Positions 50,072-64,000 of a stretch of DNA of 64,000 bases are shown here, one piece after another. The notes under the pieces are model-generated. The model was given only the letters and a program-made list of their open reading frames with translations, did not search any database and was not told the origin of the DNA. The stretch's first letter is position 1; the number at the start of each line of letters is the position of its first letter. A program made the position numbers and the translations under genes. Source of the DNA: Trichoplax adhaerens (Eukaryota; Animalia; Placozoa); NCBI RefSeq assembly GCF_000150275.1, contig NW_002060945.1, positions 3,681,172 to 3,745,171 of the forward strand, given 5' to 3'.

Positions 50072-53000
50072 TCCAGCTAGGTTACTCACCTATAGAACAA
50101 AATTGTGAACAGGCTACAATAGAAAGGTTTGTACTTCCTTCATTGTACCAGTACACGGATACACGGTAAAAAAGTTACTGAACCTCTGACAGGTCTATCA
50201 AATGGTAATACTATCTGTTAAATGAGCACATTATTGTAAACCGTCAGCAAAGCGACGGGAGTTTGCACTAGTGTATATGAATTAAGATTAAAATGCCAAT
50301 TAAGGAGGTTGATCAATTTGATGACCTTATTATAGGTCTAATTTCATCAATGAATTTGTATCAGGAATTGAATATCTTTAAAGTATAGCGATAATTTAGA
50401 AAACAATATTGAAGAAAAGTTATCTATGTGGAATGTTATAAAAAAGATGAGATAAATTGATTTATAGTATGATGTAGCTAGCAATCGAACTTTGTAATTA
50501 GTTATTACTTAATTGTTATAGCATGTAATAATTGAATTCTGAAACTCTGTAGATGTAGAATTATCTAAACAAGTTGTATACTTTATAGCATCGTTTCCTG
50601 TACAAAATTAATAAGCGTTCGTGGATGACATTTAAAGAGCTAATAGAATTAAATATGAATGTAAGGAAGATATAGAAAAATGTTGTCAGATTAGCTTACT
50701 GCTCTATTCAGAAAGATATAAGAGTTAGCTAAGTCGAAATGGTGGTCGTAGTATAAAGTTTCAAGCACTTACAACTAAAAATTAAAAATTACAAAATATT
50801 TAGATTATTTTTTTATCACATCCATCTACTTGAGCAACTGTATAGTATATGAATTTTATATTCTATCTCTTTTGTAACATAAACAATTATTTAATCCTAA
50901 CCTTGTTAATGTTTAAAATCTGCTACGATAACCTTTACAAATATTTTTAATTGCTTGTTATTGAAAAAATATTTCAGCTTCAAAAAATCAAATTTGATTG
51001 CACGCTTATACTAGTGTATATAAACACAAAATTCTTCACTAATGCCTGTGTATTTCATTGACTTGCAACAGTAATCAAAGCGTTAATCATAGAATCAAGA
51101 CCATCGGTATGACACCGGTACTTCGTTTCATTTAAGTTATTGTGAGTTAGCTATAGTCGTACTTTGAATCAGAGTCCTGTATATCAGTCAGACGATGACC
51201 CATAACCTGACCCGTTTAAAGCAGAATTACTTGTCGTTGCTAACGACATTAATTTTACTTCTTGATCGAAAGATTATTAGCTAACTTTTAGATTAAGATA
51301 GTCAATGAGATTGTACGAGTACATAAGTTATTAAGTTCAATCAAATGTGATTATTCAGAATGAAATGAAACTAATGTCTGCAACTATGTCGCTATAGGAG
51401 TTGTTAGATCGACAATACCGTACAATATGCATATTTACTATCTCGAACAAACAAATATAGTTTACTTGCGAACCTGACCAAGATCTAAAGCTTAGTCAAG
51501 CCATATACAATCTCATGTAGTAAAATGTTTATATGATAACGATAGACATCGTACCATGATAAATTAATGTGTCCATTCTTAGTATGCGAGTATTATACAA
51601 ATATATTTATAATAGGTAGACTATTCGTTGCAAAAATACCCTTATGGAGAGTTACATTATATTTTCGTTATATTTCATAATTACATTCATAAACAAATAT
51701 ATTAATTAGATATGATTGTACTATCTATATGTTATAACTATATTACTAACGTTAAAATAAAATTGTAATTACACCTTAATTCTACTGTAGAAATAGCTCA
51801 GTAAAATTACTTTGTACGGGATAAAAGTTATACTGACAATGCAAAATTTCGGTAATTCTCGTTTCTAGAATAGGATGACATTAAATCAATTAATTATTGA
51901 AATTGCTTATTCTATTAACAATTTTATAGCACAGACCTTGCTCGTTGAAAGATTTTTTATTCTTTATAGAAATATAGAGGATGCAGATGTAACTACTTAG
52001 CATTCATCTTATACATCGAATTAATTTTAGATTGCTTGTTCTCTTTAACGTTCTATAATCACTTTATATTCGTAATACATGAATACAGAGGCCAGAGTTA
52101 CAATCAAGTATTATTATTTCCATGAATTATCTTTAACATCTTGTCTTAGACCTATTCAATTAATTGAATTTGTTCCAATTTATTCTACGATGTGCATTGA
52201 TATCCATCACTGGATAGCTTGTAGTCTCTACTTTGTTCCAATTAATTATATTAACTAATCGTGGCAGTTAGCTCAAATCTTATTTCTGAATTATTTCTTC
52301 TATTTTCCTTATAAAGTCCAGTCCTAAAACATATCAACCGTGATAATATTTAATCTGACTGTCCCTTGCGGTAATGGTATGGTCCTTGATATTAAAGATT
52401 TGCTGAAGGGTAGATACTCCGAAAGGACGAGGAAACTTGTTAGTATTCATGCCTCCATAGTTGAACACTTAAACTAGGAAAGTTTAAAATTTAATTACAG
52501 CCATAAGGTTACAATTTAAGAAATATTATCGATTAAATTAGTATATAGTCAATCTGAAGACCAGACTTATTAAATAACAAACAAGGATTAAGATATGACG
52601 CTAAGTGACGAAATTCAAAGGACATCTGCTTGAATTAATCAACGCATATTAGAATTAAGGTGAATACGACAAGTATGCAGTAGCATACTCTGCATAAGTA
52701 AAAATCAATTCAGAATACGGTCAATAAAAGGTTGTTAAATATTGTCTAGCAATTATTACAACCGCTAACGAAACATACGGCTAAAGATATTAGTAAAGAT
52801 TCAAAAACTTTTTATAGAAATTTAAAAATTGATGATTGAAACCCCTTCTGCCTGACTGACAGTTTAAGTTATTAAAAGTAATAATTTTACTAATTTATTA
52901 AAGTACTACGAGTTCAATCGAATTCAGGTCTTCTTCAATTCTGAATTACAATTAAAATACTGCTAGCCAAATTGGTTTGCTCTCATGTGAATAATCAAGG

Positions 53001-55660
53001 AAATGTCTTTTACGACGCATATATGTCTCCTTATTAATGCCAATTGTAAAATAAAACGTGTCTTTGTCGCAGAATTTTGAACACCAAGCCGACTCAATTG
53101 CGGTGTTAAATTACAGCTTTCAGCTTTTATTGTACTAATTATGATTATAGCTTACAACTCATTTTACGATTTCCGGAATATCGTATCGATTATGAAATTT
53201 CATTTAATATAGGAAAATAAAAAAATATGTTGAAACTAAACGATTTTAATCATTATCGACCGGCAAAAACCTGTCATTTCTTTCACCATAACTAAAATGT
53301 TCTACAGACAGCTATCGCCATTGTCACGACCATAATCTAATTTTCTCTCCCTCCAACCATAATATTAGTAGGAACTATAATCTGAAAATAATTTGATTAA
53401 TTTTCTAGTTAATCACATATGTAATTTCGATTTCACTGGAAGAGCATGGGAAATCAGCTTTCTTAGGTTTGATATTCATTATAAATGCTAATTGTATAGT
53501 TTTCTCTAGACTTATCCAATTTGCTTTCATTTATGTATTGAAGTGTGTAGTGAATCTACTCAGTTATAAGACAAAAGTAGATTACAGATTTAATTACACT
53601 ATGATTACATGATGATAACATCGATAAATGTTTTCAATAAATGGAATTTTTAATAGCCCCAAGTATACCATTAATAAATGGCAGGATATCTATTTCACAT
53701 TCTTCTCGCTCCAGTTTATCATCGCATTATCGATTCAATAAGTAAATTTTTTATTTAAAAATAAATCTAATAAATAAAATTAGTCTCTAGTAGACAACGG
53801 GTATTAGTTAGGTTTATTATTCTGTACATGAAGTTATGCAATCAAATAGTTTGTATAGGTTGTATTGTCACATCAATAATGTCGTCTTCGTTTGACTGAT
53901 TGAGGATAATTAGGTATAAATTCGAATTACTAGTTAAATTACATTTTTCATTTCTATAACAGAAGATAGATCTTTAGGCAATTCAAAGATAGGAGACAAA
54001 AGTAACAAATTTTATTTGATCATTAAATTGAATAAAAACGTACGGTATATCAATAGGAGACGTCTAATAGGTACAAGAAGTACACCAACTATGTCGCCAG
54101 GACAGATCAATTTTTTATTATTGACACTACAGTCTAATAAAATATGGAGTACGTGGCTATTTAATATTTCAATTGAGATGAAAGAATTACCGCTGCAGTA
54201 GATCAAAAACGCCGATACCAATAAATGCAAATGATGTATATGCTGTTATTTACATTCAAGACTATTGAAAGCCGACTTTAATTTGAACCGACATTATTAA
54301 GTAACAATAGAAGTGTTCCTAACACGGTAATAATTCCCTTTCATCTTACATATGATCTACATAATTGCATGATGTGCGATATACTAATCAAAATGAATAC
54401 TTATTCCGATTATAGAGTTCCTATACTGTCTAAGGATCAACTAACAAATAGCCGGTTTCGTAACTATTTTAATAATCGATACAAAATTGAGATTGAATAT
54501 TAAACATGCATTCCTCTCGATAATACTTCCACCTCGAGTTCTTAATTGCGTTTAGTCGTATTTATTCAATATTGCTTTATCTTTAATTTGCTTAATCTGA
54601 TGCCTAAACCTAATTATAGTTTGAGGTGATAGGTGAAATAGATTCAAATAACCCATAACATCATTCGAATAATGAAGAACAATGAATAATTGTCTCAATA
54701 AAATGATACCGCTATGATCATAACAGGATGAATAGTTTATTGTTTCTTATAGCATAAGGGCAACAAACGCATGCCATGACTACAGTTAGTGTAGTTTTAC
54801 TTACGAATCGTGATACATGTACAAAAAGTTTGCAGGGATCATGATCGAAGGGAAGCAAATTTCATTAATAATTAGTTGATTATATTGATGATTAACTCGT
54901 AAAGTATTTATTTCAAGCCATATACCATAGCAAGACTTAATACAATCATATCATGATCAATGCTACTTGGTCCTAACAATTCCATACAACTCTTTTTAAA
55001 TTCATAGAAATCATTTTCATGTTGTCTTGTAGAAGAGAGATCGGAGGGAGAGGGAAATTTATTTGAGGCGTTAACTGAATAAATAGAGCGTATAAATAGA
55101 TTTCTCTTCAAAGGTTTTTTTTAACATTATTTGAAATGTCTCAAGTTGTACGTACTATTTCATTCCATCTATCTTTTTGAAACATGAAATATCATACTTG
55201 ATTCATAGATGTAATAAATTATAATAATAGCTCGAGAAACTAGTTGAAATTTTAACTATTAAATTAATGGTTAGTTCTTGCATTAGTATTATGCAAAAAT
55301 GATGATAATATCCAACTTGAAAACGTATCATGTTTGATACTACAAGAAATCATATAATTCTGTTCATTTATCCAAGTTAACACCTCCCAGACAATGATTA
55401 TAAACATGACCGATTAGACATAAAAGATGCCGCTCGAGCCCATCATATCAATACTTGATAATGTGATTTCAATAGAAACTCTACCCTCAGTTCACAGGTA
55501 ATCGCTATTCCTTGATGTTTTATAGCGTCCATCGTATAAATTAAAGTTAAAATTTCAAGATTTCCACTTCTGGGCGATGATGTCATGATAATCAAGCCAT
55601 CCAATCGATTTAAATGCATTAATTTGTTTTCTTTACTTCTGAATAACTACTTTATTAATG

Positions 55661-55845
55661 TAAACAGGATTAGACTATTTTTATCCACTATACTCAGTGA
55701 CAACCCTATTACTGTAAATGATGCATAAGCAATAAGATTTAGTTTTATCATCTAAACAGGATTAGACTATTTTTATCCACTATACTCAGTGACAACCCTA
55801 TTACTGTAAATGATGCATAAGCAATAAGATTTAGTTTTTATCATC
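55661..55845. repeat. Near-exact tandem duplication of 92 bp
   Basis: taaacaggattagactattttt...gatttagttttatcatc at 55661-55752 and 55753-55845. The copies differ only by one extra T in a T-run. Confidence 0.95.
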
Positions 55846-56407
55846 ATGATCCAAATTGATGTGTAGTCATATCATTTCTTTCGTAAACATCTACAGTGGA
55901 TCGATGAAAAATTTCACGTAGGGTATGGATTATTTTTGTACGCGCTGTCCTGTTGATTGTTGTGTATTGAAATGAGTGAACTTATTATGTTTTAATGTCA
56001 ATCAAACAAGAAAATGACCAAAAAAATGAATTAAATAATAATGTTAATTCGATGTCTTTGTTTATATTTATTATCTTCCCCCTTGATCATTCAATCAGCT
56101 CGTTGAAACTTAAGTAAAGAATTAATTCCAGGGGCATGATATAAAAGTCCCGATATCGAATTCGTTGCATCACTTTACATTACATCGATTATAGCGCAAG
56201 CAAGTCACTACATATTTTTTTACTCGAAGTGTTTCACTTTTTCAAGCTGATAAGATAATTATCAAGTCCGATCGATACTATTCATACCGATTTCCTGATT
56301 GCATCTGAACTGAATAAGGAAGTTAATCATTTAACTTAGAAAAATTAATACCATCGTCAATTTTTCAATTATCCAATCTAGCGGCTCACAAGCTAAAGAC
56401 AGGCAAA

Positions 56408-59400
56408 ATGATGAAATGTTTTGCAGTTGAATTGCAAGCTAACGAATATCTTGGCAATAAACTGGTTGTGGAAAGAGTTAGATGTGAATGCCAATTGTTG
56501 GGTACAGTTTGTAGAGTTCGATTGGTACAAACTTTTATTAACAAGGGGCAAGCACCCATCCAAACGGCTTACATAAGTTGCTTACGAAATGATATTTCAA
56601 TTTGCGAATTTTCTTCGTATAATTCCTCAACACGGCAATACTTATCATCCAGAGCATTGGAAAAAAATACTTTCGATCGAGGTAAGCTGCATACTGCTTT
56701 ATCCAGATTTAATAAACTCCACAAGAAATGTATGCATCTACAGAAAAATGTAATTATTACAGTATTAGATGATGCATAGTACACATTGGTAAATTGTTGC
56801 ACTAAATGTTAGGAGTCTTCTACACAGTCTGGTAATTTAAGGCTAAATTGAAGTGATGTTGAAAATTATAGAAAAGTTCCTTCAAAATCTTTGAAACAGC
56901 TCAAAATTAAATATAAATTGAACCGTTGCATTTTAGACATAAACCACATCATTTTCGATTTGATTAATATCGTAATATCTCGGCTACTGCCATATTGACC
57001 AGATCATATGTGAATAAGTCTTGCTACTTCCATTTATGGATTAGTTTATCAAATATCTTAATCATTGATAATTGTATTAAGAATTGATCACTTTATCACA
57101 CTATGTACCGGTATTTCAAGTAGTTAATCATCTTGATACGTGGATCAAATTCAAAATTACTTACCGTGCGTTACATTTCATATAATCACTACCTCTAATA
57201 GCAAATATATACAGTTATATTTACAAATAATCCTATTAAATCTGCACATTTGAAAGCATTTACTTTGCCTTCCTATGTCAAATTTATTTAATCGGCTCTT
57301 TTTATTCGTCATTCCTTTCCTATAGACTTTGATTAGTATAGTAAAATAGCAATGTGTGTGTTGACTTCCGCATTGACAAGGGGCAACTGTTATACTACAT
57401 ATTTGCATAATTCTGCGGTACAAAACAACAGCAGCCATTTACATACATCAACATATATACTGCATATTAATGGATAGTAAGTCTACAATAGCTGCTTCTC
57501 CTTCATGATTGTCAATATATAATGTAATTTAGCTTTTCATTATAAAATTTCATATTATCTCCTCCTGATTGACTTCATTCAAATGATAGTCTATTATATG
57601 ATAATTATTGTTCACGTTGATTAAAGCATGTATTGTCTATATAGGATTCTCCTGGCTACATAACGATGAACAGTTAATAAAAAAATTGGAAAAAGTGTTC
57701 GATTGTTCTTCCTTCGGTCAGCTTTTTACGGCCCAAGTAAGTTCCAACTAAATTGTTATCATACTCTCTATATGCTAGTGTATGCATTCAATAAGTATGA
57801 AATCCTTTCTAGTCAATTAGCTATATAGTATGACTAGTTATACAGTAGATTCAAGCCTTTTCGAGCTATTTTTAATTCGTCCTTTCTTAACGATCCACTA
57901 ATAATATCGAACTGACATATTTAAGTACTTGCTTCAATTTATTATAATGTCTTGATCCATGCGATATAAATCTAATTATACGTGTGTATTATTATTTCTT
58001 ATTGTGGTCGAAGGCTTCCACTATTCAGTCCTTAATTTGTTGCTTCAAAATTGCAGCTACTGCATTGTTTAATAATATGAAATATAGCCAGTAACTTAAT
58101 ATACTGTAGAGCAAACTTAATCAAGATTAATATCATAAGCAAGAGGGCAGTGCATAGTTTGTAACCTTACTCTGGCTTAATGTGAGTCACCACGTCGCCT
58201 TATGCAAAATAGAATCACGAATTGGTTAGAAAATAACCTCAAATCTCTGACCTTAATGAAATCACCTCTTAATATATTTTTAATTACTCTTCAATAAAAA
58301 AAGATCTTAATTTGTGCTAAAATCAAGGCATAGGCTTCAACGTTTAATCGAGTTTTGAAGATTACTTTCAAATACCTATAATCATCATTTGTAGTAATGT
58401 TAATTTTATATTCCCTTACATGCTCGGTAGTTAGCGGATAAGATTTATAAATTTGTAATAATGAATCATCCAATTCGAATTTTCAATGTCTTATTGATGA
58501 GTTGGAATATAGTTAAATGATTAATTGTTAAAACTTAAAGGTAATAAAGTTGTTATTTAAGAGCTGTCAAGGTGAATTAATATTATTCTTCTTCGTCATG
58601 TTTATATTAGACTGGCAGCGTAAATGGTGGAGAATGCATTGATGTTAGCTTAACTTACGTCACCGAATGCCGTGTTAAAAATAACGAGATTAAATTTACT
58701 CCACCTAAAATTGTTAATAATTATTGCGATGAAGATCCCTTCCACTATGACATTGATATTGACCTGTTACAACCCTTAAGAATATCTAATATTGCCTCAC
58801 CTACTCATGATATTGCAGTAAGTAATATACACATGCGTATTGCACTGCATCATAGTAATGACGATATTATCTCTACCTTTAGCTTGTGTTTATTCAGGAG
58901 ATTACTGTTTACACTATTTATGCGGTAGTGAAATCATTTTTCTTATCCATACTGATAGAAATGTGGAAGTGATCAGACACACTGTCTCGATAAAATGAGA
59001 TAAATCTTCTACTAGATTATTTTATAGAGTAAATAATTTTCGATATCACGTATGCACGTTTGCCTGTGCAATTGATGCTGACAGTATCATTAGGCTCATA
59101 GATGTCTACGGTATAAGATTGATTTATCAGCGGCTAATTTTAGAATAAATTAATAATCTCAACAGACAAAATTTTACAATGGAGTAACTCGGATCGTTGT
59201 TGACTATCAGCAGCCGAAAAATTGTGGCCAAGACATCCTACTCCAATACGAAGAGGAAGAATTGCCTAATAGTGGACATTATCCCAACGTTCTACTATGC
59301 GCTAATGGTGGCGAAGAGTCCAATAATGTCAGCAATAAAGTCGCTATTATGGCTGTTTTCCCGCCTCTAAAACCTAATAATGCAATGGTAATAAAACTAT

Positions 59401-61306
59401 TTTATATGTTTTTTATTTATCTATTTACTATAAAGTAACCGAATCATCTACTGCATTAGAATTTGTCTCGCCTATTTACAGTATAATAATGAAATATTGC
59501 TATTTTTAATTGTTTTTTAGATTGCCAGAGACCTGTTCATAGAATGGGGCAACTTAAATGTTAAAACCCAATGTAAGATATAGTTGAAGTAAATAAAATC
59601 AGATTCACAAGCATTTATGACTAATTGACGAAAAGAATGCAGTTTGTACTTTACTGCTCATTAATATAATAACACTATTTTTACATTTATTTTCTCAGGT
59701 CCATCCCCGAAGCACCTATTAAGTGCTATACATGCTACTAATTACACCAGTATCTATGCGCTCCTTGACGATGATAATTTTCCAGATGGAGATATCTACC
59801 TCAAAGGCTATTGCAATAATGAAGAGGTAGAAAAAGATATAGCATACGTAAATTGGCGTTTACAGCAGTATTCTTTATAAAATATAGATATTCTTGGCTA
59901 TTCAGGTAATAATTTAAAAATTCTTACACTATAACCTAAAAATCTAGGTTGTCATTAGGCCTTCGTACTGTGTCTGTACAACTCTTTCATTGGCAGAAGA
60001 TGCTATTCACGTTATGATTTGTAACTGGTTGTATCGCGAAATGGACGCTATGAATAATACGGACGTCGATGAACTCTATCAACTAATGACTGAGTCAGTT
60101 GATAATTTTAATCACTAAGTAACATCTAATCAAATTTGATACTAACGTAAAGTGCATTATTAGTATTGGCGAAAGTTGGAAAGGATTGCTTTTCGTTAAT
60201 TCTTGCATTAACTAACAAGCTACTATATATCTACTTTCTCTTTACCATAGCAATAATGTCTTGAGTTCAGTTACAAAATATGTGGTAGAAGAGAATAACT
60301 ATCAAATGTGTGTTGCTAACTTACAAAATATCGCTTCTAATGCTGTCCGACAGTCTATTGGACAAAATATGAAGGTAATGGATTAATCACAGTTTCTATG
60401 CATACATTTAGCTTATTACCAAGAAAATTCGTTCAAAATTTTTACTTTGAGTGTACCGATATTAATTCCAAATTATTTGGTATAGGAAAATAACATGCAA
60501 CAAAAGAAGCGCAAATTAACTCCAACAGCAGGATCATCAGGAAAGACCAAAGGTAATCTGTCATTATAAGAGAATAAGTAGGATCATATCATTCGTAGAC
60601 CTAGATTACTGGACGCCGTTATTCGAAAAATTTGGAGCTAGCCAAATTTGATAACATTGAATCGATTAAAATTTATAGACTTTATACTCAATAATTTAGT
60701 AATAAAGGTCTTTGTTGTAACTGAGCCAATTTAGCGATTGTAAATTGATCCAAAAAATCTATTTTACTTCCTTTCAGTTTCCTCCATTCCATCGTTCGAT
60801 CGAGCTAGCTTTGAAAATGATGATATGATCATAGAAGAAGAAGAGTCGGAAGAATTAGAACAAGAAGATGTCTTTAAATATAAAAACGGCACGGAAGAAA
60901 TCACTGTCCAGATAAATAATGTACGTTTAATACTCTTCAGATTAATAGATATCGAAATAACTGATATATATTATGAAGTAGCATTTTGGGGTTAATTGAG
61001 ACCGTGATAATTGATAAAGATATTATTCCTTCTGATAATTATCTTGTTATGCTATTAGATCGAAAATAAAGCAGTCGAATCCAACACTAAAGCTAGAAAG
61101 AGAAGGCCTACGCCTGTTCCACGATATCAACAATTTTCCGGTATGAATAGTAACGTTTATTTACTGACATTACCCTTTGAATTTATTATGATATTATGGG
61201 TATTAATATCCAATAAAAGTTGTCTTACCTTAAATTATTATTCTTAACTATAGCTGATTATCAACGAATGACAATCATCAGGATGCCTTCCCTAAGCGAA
61301 GATTAA
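56408..61306 (+). CDS. VIT-domain protein, VWA5A/PARP4-like but lacking the vWA domain; 12 exons, ~529 aa
   Basis: Exons 56408-56681, 57645-57736, 58611-58817, 59166-59387, 59521-59572, 59699-59826, 59948-60093, 60251-60374, 60486-60552, 60778-60920, 61059-61140 and 61254-61306 are all GT-AG and phase-consistent (1590 nt, no internal stop). VIT motifs: VCRVRLVQTFINKG..PIQTAY, ISICEF, RALEK, LFTAQTGSV..GECIDVSLTYVTE, IASPTHDI. Post-vWA motifs: DLFIEW, TSIYALL, AIHVM, NVLSSVTKYV. Confidence 0.78.
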
Positions 61307-64000
61307 AAAATGGAACCTGTATAGTCCAAATATCAGACTTTTATACTGTAATTATTGCAATTTCCATTGAAATCATCTTATCTATGATAAATTATGAAAT
61401 TACTCTTTTAAACGAAAATATAAGAATACAGATTTAAAAATTAACATATATCTTTATTTGATAGCAGTCAAAAGATTAATATAACAAAATTTTAATTCGT
61501 TTGTCATATCGATTTTCTTCAAAAATTGCCCTAATTAACAGATTACAATAAAATCTAATGACTGCTTTTAGTTATAGTATAAAATCTATTTTTTTCACTA
61601 AAGTCATTTGTAACTATTTTATTGAAGATGTAGATAATTACTGTAGGTACTCTCCGTAATGTGAGCTTTCAGACTTAAAAACATTTTTAATAATTTGCTT
61701 ATCTTATTGTAATGTAGAATAACTTATTGCTGCTAATATACTCTGATATTTAGGAGTCTATTAAAATATATAACATCTTCTTATACTTCTTCATCTACAT
61801 CTATAATGCATATGTACGGTATTTTCCTCAACTTCGATATATTTTTAGCTTTTTTGAATACTATTCGTAATCAGCTTGAACTATTATCCGTAAATTACAC
61901 GATCATTATCTGTAATATTTATTACAATACAGGCTAGCCTAACGAGTAAATTCAATTTCAAGATTCAAATTTTGGTGTTATTATCTTTATTACCGGGTAT
62001 AATGCAGTATGTGATGTGCACCGATAAAGCAAATGATCTTAGCTGATAGTATGATATAACTACTATTATGGTAATAGAATTAGATAATTAAGATATAAAC
62101 AGACGTAAGACAGCTACTCATTAGAAATTGGGCGAATATTTAGATATAATACTTTCAACTTAAGAGTTTGTAGATAGATACAAATAGGCTTATAAACCTA
62201 CAGACTATTAACACTTTCTAGCTATGAAAATCTACCGTACAAAATGTTTTGATTGTAAGTAAATGTAGTTGATGATAGAAGAATGGAGTATCAGTTCCCT
62301 CACGAAGATTGCTCTGCTAGTAATTCAGAAGCAGGAAGTTGTTTCTCTAGCATAAGTTTAGGTATCAGGTGAAGATCGATTAACGATTCATAGTATCGTT
62401 TCAAATCGGTTATGGTATTATTACCAATTTTTATGGCGGGAACACTAGTTGTTTGGGATAAATGTTATGCATACGCACTGTATAACCATTAAATAAATGT
62501 TCAGAATTGGTATCAAAGCGATCTCACAAATAGATAAACTAATTATAATTATTAGACTTGGGTTTTTTCAACAGACTTTCATAATTATTAACGACTTTAC
62601 CACTATTGGAATTCTGTGCTGTGATTGCTACCCCCGAGGTATTTTATGATATCATAAGCTACTGATATTGGTAGTATGCAATTATTCTGTCATTACAGTA
62701 ATGTTAATTTACCGAATACATTCTAATTTTGCACACTATGTACTGGTATATCTGACAGATAAAGATGCTAGTTGTTCAAGAAATTTCCGTATTAATGATA
62801 CAAAAACTAACAGCTACTCTCCATACATTTTATCAAATCTTATAATAACGTACACCTATTTCGAAGTATCATAAAGATTTAAATTTCTGGATACTTTCTC
62901 CGTAATCTCCTCAATGATACAGTATCAAATTATCAACGATGAAGATTAAAGATTATAAAGCATTTATTGGTATTAATTGAAGGATTACTTATTACTAGCT
63001 GCTAATACTAGCGGTATTTAAGCAAGCCTGACAAAGTATTACGAGATTGGTCCCTCATAAAAGAGGCCTTCCATATCAGTTCAGTTAATATATGTTATAC
63101 TCGTATGATGACATTAATAGCGAGATTAAGCTTAGGATATTATTTATACACATAAATCCTATTGAAATATATTCTTTGTAGATATTTGAGCTGATATTTT
63201 ATGTGAACTTTTTTCTAGATGCTGAATGTTTAAAATTCTAACACATTAGTAGTTTAGCTACTAATGATTTGCATGCTGATATGCTATGACTATCTACTGA
63301 CTATAGAATCTAATCATGATTGGAGTAATTCACTTATTTAATATTGAATTAGTTTATCAATAAATTATTTCAAGATTTTTCTCTAATAGCATATAACTCA
63401 ACAACATCGATATCACAATAAAGTTACGCAATATATCAATGCGTATCTTATAGATTATAGTTCACGATCACTTTATAGATCTTTATCAGAAGAGGATATT
63501 TATTTATCGAGATCGTAAATCATTATTATAAAAATACACCAAAATACATAAAGGATGTGCATTATTAGTAATGCTGAAAATGATTATTATTGGGATGTGC
63601 AACGGAGCGTCGTAGTATCTACGAATCTTTTCAGAATTGGAATTTTGAGATCAGCTTTAAGTTGCTATATGTTTTAATATACCTTTCATATACTTTATAG
63701 GATTCTAATTTCTTTATAGCATTCATCTATTTAGGATATCATAACATATGAGATATTGGACTAGCTCCATCGCTTAAAGACAGAATAGCAATAATAGGTT
63801 GTGATAAAAAGTAACGAACGATTAAGCTGTAAATGATAAAGTAGCTCAATTGCGATTGAGGAATATTTTTTTTCGATGTATGTAATGAATAAATCAAATA
63901 AGATGAATATGGTCAACAGCTTTACATATTTGAATCAAATTAGGATCCGAAGTAAAAGATTTAAATGTACATTATTTTTTTATTGAATGGTCAGTTATAT

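Noticed and set aside
24629-55845. Both tandem repeats have a 92-bp period
   Set aside because: The units share no sequence similarity and two cases cannot separate a mechanism from coincidence.
59166-59387. Apparent frameshift or in-frame TGA (selenocysteine) in exon 4 of the VIT gene
   Set aside because: Recounting the A-run at 59217-59221 shows the 222-nt exon is fully open (TKFYNGVTRIVVDYQQPKNCGQDILLQ...). The TGA at 59201 is out of frame.
61310-64000. Short ORF at 62668-62874 and the remaining right-end sequence
   Set aside because: AT-rich with no coherent exon chain or motif; treated as intergenic.

Overview
AT-rich eukaryotic (animal) genomic DNA with short GT-AG introns. It is most likely placozoan (Trichoplax-like); this is inferred from the compact metazoan genes, a divergent single-exon class A GPCR and ACAGT/TACAGTA repeat clusters in front of genes. 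Eight protein-coding genes can be assembled by hand: ACAD11 (+), COPS8 (-), a p55/MPP-family MAGUK (+), LRRC47 (-), NSF (+), single-exon PUS7L (+), a single-exon orphan class A GPCR (+), and a 12-exon VIT-domain (VWA5A-like) gene (+) that the ORF track mostly misses. The non-coding parts contain a short Helitron-like insertion in ACAD11 intron 1, a decayed Gypsy-like LTR/PBS/gag remnant upstream of the GPCR, a 92-bp tandem array, a four-copy diverged array next to an orphan ACAGT cluster, and a near-exact 92-bp duplication. The best novelty candidate is the VWA5A-like gene: it is intact and phase-consistent, appears to have lost its whole vWA domain at an intron, and has an acidic tail with two NLS-like motifs. 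No tRNA, rRNA or CRISPR array was recognised. All homology calls come from motif recognition, not database searches.
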